64,000 bases of DNA, from assembly GCA_964016885.1 (NCBI GenBank), contig OZ024744.1, positions 29,822,001 to 29,886,000 on the forward strand. Reading direction: 5' to 3'. Made by a program: the position numbers and the translations under genes. Below, piece by piece: positions 1-13,254 of this stretch. The stretch is from Eledone cirrhosa. Its lineage: Eukaryota. The stretch's first letter is position 1. The number at the start of each line of letters is the position of its first letter. Under the pieces are notes generated by a model that did not search any database, was not told the origin of the DNA, and worked only from the letters and a program-made list of their open reading frames with translations.

Positions 1-2465
1 TATGTTTGACAACAACCAGAAGATGCTGTTTGGACAGCTTGAAGGGAAAGAAAGAGGCAACGACTTGATCCCTGATGCGGAACAAACTAAGACATTCTGG
101 AGAGGAATATGGGAGCAGGATGTTAAACATAATGACCAGGCAGTGTGGATTGAGACAGTACAAAAGGAGATTAGTAAACAGGCACACCAACAAACTGATT
201 TGAGTATCACAGTTGAAATTCTTAAGGGGTAGGCCAAAAAACTAACCAACTGGAAATCACCAGGCCCAGATGGTGTGCAGGGGTATTGGATTAAAAACAT
301 AACATCCCTCCACCCGAAACTGACAACCATGTTCAATGACTGCTTGATGTCAGGTGAGGTACCAGAGTGGTTGACATAAGGTACCACAGTTCTGGTAATG
401 AAAGACCGAATCAAGGGTAATGATGTTACCAACTATAGACCTATCACATGTCTGTCCGTAATGTGGAAACTGTTGACAAGCATTATGTCTGAGGAAATCT
501 ACCATCACCTCCACACAAACAACTTGTTACCGGACGAACAGAAAGGATGCCGAAAGAAGTCACATGGTACAAAGGACCAGTTACTTATTGATAAGATGGT
601 AATGAGGAATTGCAAGAGGAGACACACTGGTCTTGCCATGGGATGGATAGACTACAAAAAGGCATTTGACATGGTGCCTCATTCTTGGATCACCAAAAGC
701 CTGGAGATATTCAAGGTGGCAGATAACATCAGGCAGTTGTTGGGCAAAAGTATGAAGTCCTGGGAAACAGAGTTAACATCAACTGGAGAATCCTTGGGAA
801 GCGTGAAGATCAAGAGAGGTATCTTCCAGGGAGATAGTCTGTCCCCTCTGTTGTTTGTCCTTGCCCTGATCCCCTGACCATTATCCTGCGAAAAGTGAGA
901 GCAGGATACAAGTTGGGAAAGGGAGAGCTTACCATCAATCACCTCCTCTTCATGGACGATCTTAAGCTCTTCGGGAAGAGTGAGAAGGAGTTGGATGTGC
1001 TTGTTGACACTGTCCGTATTTTCAGCAATGATATATGTATGCAATTTGGTATTAGTAAGTGTGGAGTCATTGTGATGAGGAGGGGTAAGTTGAGCAGAAG
1101 TAACGGAATCCAGATACCAACAGGTGAGATGATAAAAGAAATTGACTCTGAAGAAGGATACAAGTATTTGGGCGCTCTGGAGGCTGATGACATCAAGAAC
1201 AAAAAAATGAAGGAATTGATAAGAACTGAATACCTTCGGAGAGTAAGGAGCGTATTAAAGTCACATCTGAACAGTAGGAATGCCATAAGTGCAGTAAATT
1301 CCCGAGCTGTGTCTATTATTAGGTACAGTGCGGGAATTCTGAGATGGAATGTTGCTGAACAAAAAGAAATGGATAGGAAGACTAGGAAGCTATTGACTAT
1401 CTACAATATGTTCCACAAGAGGAGTGATGTCGATAGACTCTACTTAAGGAGATCTGAAGGTGGAAGAGGTCTTATCAGCATAGAGGACTGTGTTCAGAGG
1501 GAGAAAAACAACCTACACAAATACGTGACTGATACTAAGGAGCCAATGCTCAGAACTGTACTGAAGGAGAGGACAATAGACCAGGGGATGTTCAGGGAAG
1601 AAATAACAAGGAGAAAGAGCAGCCTTTATGAAAAATCCCTTCATAGTACCTTCTTTGAGAAAACTGAATTCAGAGATCCGCAGACATAGAACTGGTTGAA
1701 AAGAGGAGACCTTAAAAAGGCTACAGAAGAAATGCTAATGGCTCCGCAAGAGCAGGCCCTCAAAACGAAGTGGTTGAAACACCATATTTACAAGGAGGAG
1801 GCTAGCCCACTGTGCAGGATCTGTGGAGAGAGAGAGAGGAGACTGTGGCTCACATTGTATCCGAGTGTAAACACCTAGCCCAGACTCACTATAAGGGCTG
1901 GAGACATGATGTGATGCGCAGGGTGAACCACTGGCACCTGTGCAAAAATAAACAATTTACCACATTCTGAGAAGTGGTATGAGCATAAGCCAGAGTCGGT
2001 GATAGAAAACGATCAGGTGAAGGTGCTGTTGGATTTTAGGATACGTACGGACAAGAAACTGGAACACAATAGACCTGACCTGGTGGTTTTGGACAAAGAA
2101 AAAAGATCGTGCCTAATTGTGGATGTGGCCTGCCCATTCGACACGAGAGTGCAAGAGAAGGAGAGAGAGAAAATTAACCGATACCAGGACTTAAAGTGGG
2201 AGGTAAAAAGGATTTGGAACTGTCATGAAGTCAAAGTGGTCCCGATTGTCATAGGCGCACTAGGTACTATCTCAAAAAGTTTCCAGGGATGGTTGAAGAA
2301 AATTGGCCCCGCCACGCTTTTTGGAACGCTTCAAAAGGCATGCTTGCTGGGAACAGCAAGAACAGTCCGATACGTCCTGAATATCTGAGGCTGCAGGTAG
2401 TGGCTTGATATTCATTTTAACAAACTTTCCAGTTAACTAACATCAATGACTGAGACTCAAAGAAC
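1..2465 (+). mobile_element. R4/Dong-clade non-LTR retrotransposon, copy A (runs off window start; stops and frameshifts)
   Basis: ORF pieces 2-232, 398-877, 895-1689, 1696-1878 and 1999-2388 carry RT motifs ([23 protein letters not shown]), a CRICG zinc knuckle start and an RLE motif (PDLVV..D..IVDVACP). It is collinear with the 57356-60748 ORF. A short 3' UTR is followed by (TAA)n at 2466-2480. Confidence 0.93.
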
Positions 2466-2486
2466 AATAATAATAATAATGATGAT

Positions 2487-5416
2487 GGTTTCATTTATTA
2501 ACCAGAGACAGTGGGGGTTTACAATAAGGTCGAGTAAAAGTACACAATGGCAAGACTAATTTAACAATGTAGATATAAAAAATATAAAATAAACCATGCA
2601 TAAACATAACAAAATAAATTCACCGATAGGGGGGTGGACGAACCTAGGATGACTCAGGTACCCCACCAATCCTGAACCACCCTGCGTTTCTAGGGCACCC
2701 AGGGAGAGCACCCCTCTCCTCAAGTTAGCTAGCCTATACGCGCATGGTCAGAGTAGGCCCATTCAACGGGCCATTCACGCCACATTCATCCATCTTTTAG
2801 CAAATGTACAGGAGGACAGCACTTCTCTCTCCACCCTCACCTTCCTTTCCAGGTGAAACTTGAAGAAGTTGATGAGGGATTGGCCGAAGAGAAAAGTGTC
2901 TGTCTTCAGTCCTTTTAACCTGGTCCACCATATAACCTCTTTCGCAACGGCCACCAGACAGAGGAAAATTTCCTGCTCTTCCTGGCCTAAGGAAGGCGGC
3001 AGGTCGATCTTCACTATGTACTCGGCCGATAGCCGGATCCGTTCCACACGCGACAGTAGCTGTTCGACATAACTCCACAAGTCAGTAATGCACGGACATT
3101 GGACAAGTGCGTGCAGAACGGTTTCTCGCTCTGTGGCATCATGGGCAGGTCCGTCTGACAGCACTTCCGTGTCTGTAGAGTTTATCCCGAACCGGCAGTG
3201 CCCCCAGTAGCACTGCCAAGCGAGGGATTTCTGGAAATTGTCCATCGTCCCCGACTCGAAAGTCCTCCGGTACAGACTGACCAGTTTGACTTAGTCGAGG
3301 CCCAAAGTTTCTCCGAGTGCGTCATCGCACTTGCCCACCACTAATCCTCTATAGAACTCGAGAGTGGAAGTACCACTGACCGCATTGCCCACTTGGTAGA
3401 GGGAAGTGAGTGCCTGGCAACATTCCAGATGCCAGGCACCCAGTCTCGGTCTCTTCTTGACCCAGGACTGCAACTCAGTCAAAGAAACGAGCTGCGGAAA
3501 GGCCCGTATGATAAATAGCGACCACACCTGTTCACCGTTTAGGGAGAATATCTGGAGATGTCGCAGCCTCAACGCATGTCTGCGCATCATTAGCCACAGC
3601 ATGCCCAGCCCTCCGCGTAGAGGGTGCTGGCAGCAGATGGACCGCCTCAACAAAGGAACTTGTCCCCACCATACGAATTTGAAGAGGAGCCGTTACAACT
3701 TGACGAGGCACGACGGGGGCAGGGCATGACGGTCAGGCGGTAGTAGATGACGGACATGATGTACGCATTCGCCACCTCCGCGCGACATTTCAGTGATAGC
3801 TTCCTCGCAGCCCATTTCTGGGTGAGACTGGCTACCCTGCTCGTTACCTCGTCCCAATTCTTTTCCACCTGGAGGTCTGGTCCGAACCAAACTCCGAGCA
3901 ACTTTACCGGTCCCTCCGTCCAGCGCCCCACGACGCTGTTGGACGGCATAGGCTTGCCCCTCCAGGTTCCGAGCTGCAAGCCCACCGACTTTTCAGGGTT
4001 AAGTTTGGCCCCTGTCAACCTTTCATATTCCTTCAATCAGGTGCCAACCACCTCGATTTCTGAGGTGTCCGACACCCTCACGGTGATGTCGTCTGCATAA
4101 CCCGACACAGCCTTTCCACGTCCCGGTTCGAACGGGATGCTCTGCAACAGCTACAGCTTCCGTAAAGGCTCGAGAGTCAATACATACAGAAGGGAAGAGA
4201 GAGGGCACCCTTGACGGACCGATCGGGAGAGCCGAAATGGTTCCGAGAGGTGGCCATTAACCTTGACCACCGAGCGTGTGCCGCTGTGCATTGCAGCGAT
4301 CCAGCTTCTGAAGACAGGGCCGAAGCCAGCCGCTTTGAGGACAAACTCCAGATACCGATGGTCGACTCTATCGAATGCTTTCGATTGATCTAAATTGATC
4401 AGAGCCCCACCAAAGCCAGGTTTACACCCTAACCTCTCTATGATCTATCGCATGAGGTGGAGATTGTCGGGTATGGACCTGGCTGGGATTGCTCAAGTTT
4501 GCGCCTCCCCAACCAAATCCTCGACGACAAGCGCCAATCTCTTTGCTAACACCTTGGCCAAATTCTTAAACTCTGTGTTGAGCAGAGTTATGGGCATGAA
4601 GTTGTCTAATGTATCCCTCTTGTTCTCGTCTTTCCTTATCAGCGTCACCACTCCCCTGCTCATAGAACTGGGAATCTCCCATTCTGCTGCCAGTTGCAGT
4701 AGAGTGATTCGAGGAGATCGGAGAACAATTCTGGCATATTTACGTAAAGCTCGTAGAGCAGGCCATCCAAACCGGGTGACTTGCGCCTCATGCAGCCGAC
4801 AAGGGCGTCCTGAATTTCGGCTGAAGTAGTCGGCCTTTCGCAGCGCTCAGCGTCGACCGTCGAGATGCGCGGCAAGCCGTCAAGGTAGAGACTGAAATCC
4901 GCTACTCTCTCTGACTCGCCACTCTCCCCGAAAAACCGAGCAAAGTGCTGGGGAAAGGCCTTACACATCCGCTTGGAATCGCTTATCTCGTGTCCGTCTC
5001 GGTCCGCCAAAGACCGAATTGTGGTTTTATTACCACCACGCTGCGCCTCCGCCACGCGGGCCCATCGAACAGCTTTGGTTCCCTCGTTTCTCAGCGCACG
5101 CACCTTAGCTCTGACTATGCAACCCTCGTGTTTCGCATTGAAGAAATGGTCTAATGCCATTCTCGCCGCTAGCACATCAGTTGCAATGCCACTACAAATA
5201 GCCACGTCTAACTTATCTACCAGCTCCCCCTCCTTTCTATTTTCTCTAACGCTAGTTCTTTGCCGAACTCTATCGAAGTTACTCTAATCTCTCTTTTGAG
5301 AGCCCCCCACCATCTGTTGTTGATGATCCCTCCTGTCAACTTTTGCTTAACTAAATTGTTGACTCGATCCCTGTTAGCATTACGTGCCGGAAATGACATG
5401 TTCAGCTTCCAGTAAC
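2487..5416 (-). mobile_element. Tx1-clade (L1-like) LINE, degenerate ORF2 from the end of the endonuclease to the 3' end
   Basis: Minus-strand pieces GYWKLN, KSPGLDGL, EKSVGLQLGTW, GGLGM and ETVLHALVQC are homologous to the 41.4-47.4 kb element. AATAAA lies on the minus strand at 2494-2499, next to the TAA tract. Confidence 0.88.
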
Positions 5417-6545
5417 CCGGTCCGTCCGTCCAGCGCTCGACGACGCTGTTGGACGGCATGGACCTGCCTCTCCAGGTGCTGAGCTGCAGGCCCACCGACT
5501 TTTCCTGGTTGATCATTGCTCCTGTCACCGCCTCGTATTATCTTAGAGTAGTGCCGATCGCCTCGATGTGTTTGGCGTTCGACACCACTACGGTGACATC
5601 GTCCGCGTATGCTGAGACGGATCTTCCGCATCCTAATTCGCGCGGGATCCCCCTCAACGTCTCCAGTATGTGCAGTAATGGCTCAAGAGTCAATACGTAC
5701 AACAGGGGCGAGAGTGGACATCCTTGGCGGACCGAGCGCATGATATTGAACTGTGCATGGCAGCGATCCAGCCTCTGAAGACGGGCCCAAAGCCAGCTGC
5801 CCTCAGGACTGCCGCCAAATAACGATGGTCGACCCTCTTGAAAGCTTTCGACTGATCTAAATTGATCAAGGACCCACCCGTGCCAGGTTCCCTAGCTACC
5901 CTGTCTATGATGTATCGCATGAAGTGGAGGTTGTCGTGGATGGATCTGTCTGGATTGGCGCATGTCTGCGCCTCTCCCACTAGACCACCAACGACAAGCG
6001 CCAACCTCTTTGCTAGCACCTTGGCCAAAATCTTGAACTCTGTGTTTAGCCGATATATGGGCCTGACATTTTCTGTTATCCCCTTTGTTCGGATACTTTC
6101 TCAGCAGCGCCACCGCTCCTCGGCTCATAGAGCTGGGAATTCTCCTGTTCTGTTGTCAGTTGCAGCAGACGTCCGCCAAGAGGCCTTCGAACAAGTCTGG
6201 CATGTGTACATAAAGTTCGTAGGGGAGACCATCCAAACCAGGCGATTTACCCCTTGTGCAGCCAGTCATTGCCTCCCGTACTTCAGCGGCTGTTATCAGC
6301 TTTTCGAAACACTCCGCCTCAGTGGCCGAGAGCCGCGGCAGTCCGTCGAGGTGGGCACTAAAGTTCATCCCTTGATCCGGCCCGCCGCTGCCTCCGAACA
6401 GTTGAGCGAAGTGTCCCTGCAAAGCTTCACACATTTGCCAGGGATCGAGTATCATGCGCCCGTCGTGGTCCACCAAAGACCGGATCGTGGCTTTGTTGAC
6501 ACGACGCGCCTCCTCTACTCGAGCACATTGAACGGCTTTTATTCC
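5417..6545 (-). mobile_element. Second Tx1-clade fragment (RT region), same family as 41384-47427
   Basis: Motifs GKSPGLDGLPYE, LDQSKAF, RQGCPLSP and YADD. Close DNA match to ~42800-43990. Confidence 0.88.
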
Positions 6546-6621
6546 CTTCTTTATACTTGACCATTATCTTTTGTTTGGCACAAAACTATCTAAATGGCTA
6601 CAAAAGAAATTCCCAAATACG

Positions 6622-6935
6622 GGCGCGAAATTTAATGTACTTGATCACGTGACAGTCATAATTTCATTTATAACCAATCAAATTACATTTATTAAAAAAA
6701 GCCTTCGTGAGGCACTTTTTTTAAAGTAAAAAGAAATTCAAACACAAACTGGCGCGAAAGCTGATATGCTTATTCACGTGACTGCATCAACCAACCAAAC
6801 TTCACTCATATATGAAACAACAATCTGAGCCCCCACCCCCCTTCATTGAAGGCAAACATAATAAGAACTTTGTAACGCCGACTGGCGTGAAATTTATTAT
6901 ACTTATTCACATGACAGACATCAACCAACCAAATC
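6622..6935. repeat. Three ~130-bp degenerate units, each GGCGCGAAA-N14-TCACGTGAC followed by a CCAAT-like motif
   Basis: Motif pairs start at 6622/6645, 6751/6774 and 6884/6907 (third is degenerate), all with the same 14-nt spacing. AACCAATCA at 6672. Confidence 0.6.
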
Positions 6936-7315
6936 ACTTCTCTAAAAACCTACCATTTCGAGCCACGTTTTTCCATATAAAACAGAAGTAACATTCGAAC
7001 ACCAACCAGATGTGAGAAAACGAACAAACCCCCAATTTCAATTCTACTTTCGAAAAGCACAAGAACTGCGAAACCGGTAAAGGAACCATATTTAAAAAAA
7101 AAGACGCCAGTTGCATTTTCGATTTCATCTTTTTTCCTTATATATATATATATATATATATACATACATACACGCTCCCATATATACACACATTCATACA
7201 TATATATACACACACTCACACACACACTATATATATGCATATGCATATATACATATGCATACATATGTACATATGCATACATATATATATATATACACAC
7301 TCACACATACACACA

Positions 7316-7371
<56 letters not shown>

Positions 7372-7499
7372 ATATATATATATGTATAGCTGACGATGGA
7401 AACTCATTTCTTCCTTTCTCCTCCTGTTCCGTCCTAACCACCATCCTAAACCTTTTTTTTTAGTAACCACACAACTCCTTTCGTTTCATAACTTTTTGT

Positions 7500-8556
<1,057 letters not shown>

Positions 8557-8559
8557 TGT

Positions 8560-9100
8560 TGATAGCTACATCTTGTCAGAAGAGTGCCATCCCTTCATTG
8601 AACATTGCATGATCATGTACACGCAGGTGACTTTACAGACCCGCTTTAGTTTTGTAGATACGTTCACAGTTGTGACACTTGAACAGTCTGTCTCCTGACA
8701 ATAATGGCAAGAGTGTCTGCGTGAATTTTTCCATGTCTCGTCAGACCACACGCTGACTTGAAAATTAAGCCACACTCACTGCAAATATGCTGTGGAGTGT
8801 TTGGTGGTAGAACCATCTCACAGTTGGTTCAATTTCTCCCTTGTTCGCTTGACTTCAGATGGTTAACTAAACCAACTCATGTTTGAAGAAATCACCCACA
8901 TACATTGCCCCTCAATTCTTGCTGAATTTTTGCAGGCATTGCACTTACGAGTCCCGCTTACGAAGTGAACACTTCAAAAAAGCATGCTCCACATGCTTTT
9001 TCTCAAAGATATTACATCCATATTTGATGATCTTTATCCATGATGTAGGGCCTTCAGCCAGTCTCTCCCAGTTCTCCATATCAATCTACAGAGCTTTAAG
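8560..9100 (-). mobile_element. RTE-clade LINE 3' fragment with C2H2 zinc fingers (degenerate)
   Basis: Manual minus-strand translation gives IDMENWERLAEGPTSWIKIIKYG (RTE C-terminal WExLA motif), HICSECGLIFKSACGLTRHGKIH and FKCHNCERIYKTKAGL*SHLRVH. Confidence 0.75.
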
Positions 9101-9109
9101 ATTGTCTTA

Positions 9110-9386
<277 letters not shown>

Positions 9387-9544
9387 AGAAGCAAGGGAGA
9401 CAATCCTCGATGAATTTCGAACTCGACTGGTTCTCATCGGGCAAACCCTCCCGCTTTTGCAACTGCTGGACGTTGAAAACAGGCGAGAATATATAGTTTT
9501 TTCGTCTGTGTAATTGTTTTTATATATTTGTGTACACATATTTA

Positions 9545-9580
<36 letters not shown>

Positions 9581-9919
9581 AGGATAAGACATTAATATAC
9601 AACGGGAGGAAACATAATAGTACCATTGTTGATGTCACAGGTGTGTGATGAAAGAACTTTGTTAGACTATATATATATATTTATATCTGTATTTATAACC
9701 GTTGGTCAATCAATGATAAACATTGATTGCCGGATGAATTAACTATGGAGATACAAAAGGTACAGAAGCGAAAACCAACCAAGCAGTGAGTGTGTTCTGT
9801 TATTATTTCTGGCAATATTATTACAACAATATGGCCCTCCCCAAATATAACAATATTTCTTTCAACACACGATTTCATATATTTCCTCCCATTGTATTGT
9901 AAACTGCGAGTATTAAGGG

Positions 9920-10180
9920 GGTGGAATGGGCCTCCATCAGTTTCGATGAACAGAACAGCCTTGTCATGAAATTAACCTGTAAGTAGCTGAGTATTCTTCA
10001 AACACGTGTACCATTATCGTGTGTGGCAAGGCTGGCTTTTATATTACAGGTACTGTCTACCCAATTTCATTAGTCGATCAGAAGACATAGTAAATGACAC
10101 ATGACCAAGATTGCTCACAACGGCATCGAACCCAGCATCTAATGATGTGTGAAGCAACTTCTTAACCATCCGGCCATGTT
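9920..10180 (-). mobile_element. Degenerate tRNA-derived SINE
   Basis: Minus strand has A-box-like TGGCCGGATGGTTAAG and B-box-like GGGTTCGATGCC, followed by a non-tRNA body. Confidence 0.55.
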
Positions 10181-10596
10181 GTGTCCACGAACAAGTATTA
10201 ACAATGTTGTATTCCATTATCGTAAGTATTAACATTACTATATCACATTACAATATTAACAATAATTTATTACAGAGCTTCTCAAACATTTGGGGCCACC
10301 GATCCCCTCACAACCATATAATACCCTCAGTGCTCCTCAACCCTATTTCCAGAGACAAACCTGTCAACATGCAAATTGTAAATGATATATAATGAATAAA
10401 ATCGTTAATTTATATATAATGAATAATATAATATATACTATGTATAAATAAATATATATTTCTTATTTTACTATATATATATCATTTGATATTTAATATA
10501 CTATTTGGACACCACTTCTGATCCACCAGCGTGAGGGTGGAAACACCTATTGCATGTTGGACACCATCTGATGACATTAACAACTCCTGACTCTGG

Positions 10597-10843
10597 CTAT
10601 GTTCACCTGAGGTTAATAAATGTGAGCTTGTAGATGTAATTATACCTACCTCTAAAATTACTCTCCATCCTGACCAAGACTATGTTTACCTGAGGTTAAT
10701 AAATGTAAGACACCTTCAAGATGTAATTATACCTACCTCTAAAATTACTCTCCATCCTGACCAAGACTATGTTTACCTGAGGTTAATAAATGTAAGACAC
10801 CTTCAAGATGTAATTATACCTACATTTAAAATTATTCTCCATC
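10597..10843. repeat. Three tandem copies of an ~83-87-bp unit
   Basis: CTATGTT(C/T)ACCTGAGGTTAATAAATGT at 10597, 10680 and 10767. Confidence 0.85.
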
Positions 10844-10954
10844 AAAAATATCAAAGTAAAAGAAAGCCCCCAAACATCGTTAGTGTCAACTGTTGGACTG
10901 CTTGGTTGATCTATCTTTCTTTATCTAAAATGATTGACACTCCTTTTCGTGTTC

Positions 10955-11041
10955 ACTCGCAGAGCTCAGTCGGTAGAGCATCAGACTTTTACAGTATGTG
11001 ATGGTATCTGAAGGTCGCAGGTTCTAGTCCTTCTGCGGGCG
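10955..11041 (+). tRNA. tRNA-Lys(TTT) with a 14-nt intron, probably a pseudogene
   Basis: D arm GCTC-AGTCGGTA-GAGC; anticodon arm TCAGA-CT-TTT-A-[intron 10992-11005]-A-TCTGA; T arm GCAGG-TTCTAGT-CCTTC; 3' acceptor strand TGCGGGC-G. A T7 Pol III terminator lies at 11047-11053. Defects: A1-C72 mismatch, G at position 8, one T-stem mismatch. Confidence 0.8.
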
Positions 11042-11269
11042 AAGTGTTTTTTTCTTTTGTGGGGAGATGTTTGGACAGTCGTTACTAACCATACATAAAA
11101 TACATAATATCTACTTCTTGGTAGTTGCTTAATGTTATAACATAACTGTTTTGATCCTTTTAAATATACGGATAGAACTGTATTCTCAGTCGCTTCACAC
11201 CATAGAAATGGAGATAAGCACCGGCGTGACATCCCTCCGAGCTGGAGACAGACTTTAGACTTATAGAAA

Positions 11270-11375
11270 GGACGAACAACAACGATGCCCTCAGCGGGAT
11301 TTGAACTTAGAGCGCAGCGAGCTGGAAAGAAAACTACGAAACATTATATCCGATGTTCTAACACCACTACTCTAC
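11270..11375 (-). mobile_element. SINE head fragment (degenerate)
   Basis: B-box-like GTTCAAATCCC on the minus strand at ~11297-11307 within a decayed tRNA-like head. Confidence 0.4.
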
Positions 11376-12294
11376 GTGAATAGAAAAAAAAAGAAAGACA
11401 GAGGGCAAAAGCCCCACAAAAACACACAAAACATACATAAAAGAGAAGCATATTATCCAGTCAGCCACAAGGTAAGCAATAGGAAAAGAAATATAACTTG
11501 TCACAAGAAGACAAAAAATTATTATGTACTCTGAGATCCCAAATAATAGTGAGGGGGGGGGGGATAAGCCGGGGAGTTGGAAATGGTGTGTGTGTGTGTG
11601 GGGGGGGGGGGATTAGAATGATCGATCATTTTTCTAGGTTGTCTCCTTTGATTTTTTTAAAAACCAGAATTAGTCGTTTAGTTTACATATTGAGACCCCC
11701 AACCAATTCTATTCATTTTATAGCATTCTATGTACTTTTTTGTAGATTTCTATGTACTTATCATGTTTTTTAATGTTTAAAAAAAATTAATTGTCGCAGG
11801 AATGCTACCACTTAAAATAATATTTTATTTCACCGGAGATAGATATTAACAACATTTGATATTCCTGGCTGAAATAAGAGCGGAAGGCGGGACCCATTTA
11901 TTTATTTTGAAATATTCTTGATGTGAAATCGTGTGTTGAAACCGATATTGTCATATTTGGGCATGGCCATGTTGTCAGTATGGCTAATTAAAAGAACTCC
12001 ATATGATTTTCCCTTTTTTATGTTATTTTTATTATTTAGTTACTGGTTAGTTCGTCAAAATTCTTTCGTCACTCATTTTGTGACCGCCTCGATGACTATC
12101 AGTCCTCGTTAGTGTCTCCTCTTCTTTCTGGCCTTAATCTGTTACTCCAGTGGTTGATTGGATGATATACACGCCTTCTGATGAGGGTTGAATTATATCC
12201 GATTAAAGATGTTTATCATTTTTTCAATTCTGGAACACACATCGTCGTAACCGACAGAGTGCCAGTTTTATGTATGTTTGTAAACGATCGCCAC

Positions 12295-12700
12295 ACAAAC
12301 CAAAATTGAGGTACAGGATTGCATTAAAAGCATACTGAGGAAGATGAAAATATCAGAGAATGACTGGGAGAACCTCGCTCTAGATCGACTTTCCTAGAGG
12401 AAGGCGGAGCACGATGGGAGGAGAATTTGAAAGAAACCGTGTTGAGCATGAACAGCTCAAGCGGTGTGCACTTAATGGCCTTGAGTTCGGTTTGACTGAG
12501 TATCATGCAGGTTGATTTAACCTCTAAAGAATGTGGCCGGTTATGTCTAAGTAGGGAGGGCCTTGGAAGACATCAGAGAAGCCTCATATACAGAGACACT
12601 GTCAACTGTGCCTTGTATGGCATTTCTGTTTGTGGGGGAGTGTGCCACAGTTGGTGAACTGAAACGTCATTTGAAAGTGTACCAAAACAGGACAGTAACA
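12295..12700 (+). mobile_element. RTE-clade LINE 3' fragment with C2H2 zinc fingers (degenerate)
   Basis: Manual translation gives PKLRY/DCIKSILRKMKISENDWENLALDRLS*RKAEHDG, then LTSKECGRLCLSREGLGRHQRS and ..GELKRHLKV. Confidence 0.75.
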
Positions 12701-13254
12701 CCTACTGTGAGAGGGGGGGGGGGCTGTGGTGAGGGCTACAGTCGAGATCACCAGTCTAAAACACCACGTTCACTATTGCTCTCATCTAAGATGATCGTCC
12801 GTACCTCGAGATCCAGGTATTTCCTAAAAAGAACTTCCACCCCGCCTCCCATTCCAGACCGACTAAGAGACGCTTAGATCTAAAAGTCGTCAAAGATAGG
12901 GGCTAAAGAGTGCTTGTCTCGTTGATGACTGTCACATCCATAGCTAGTCACCCGAGGTGGTTGAGCAAGTGGAATTATTTCCAGAGCGGTCCGAGGTCAC
13001 GTGCATTTATGCAACCCACTCTTAAAATAGCAATGTAGGCCGGAATGGGGATGGAGGCTACATACCTTCTGGTTGTTATTGGAGATCGGTGGTTCGATAT
13101 ATATATCTAGTTGGGATTTCTTCGGGAACACTTTGAAAAGCTTAATTGTGACTTTTATGTTAGGGGTTCCCATTTCGTGGGGGCAAGCTGCCCCACATTC
13201 TTTTGTAAGGCTGTAGGGACATGCATATTAATGTTTCGAGTAATTTGAACGTAC

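Noticed and set aside
12170-12225. Hammerhead at CTGATGA-GGGT..ATCC
   Set aside because: The GAAA core is replaced by GATT and stems I and III are unclear. At most a decayed relic.
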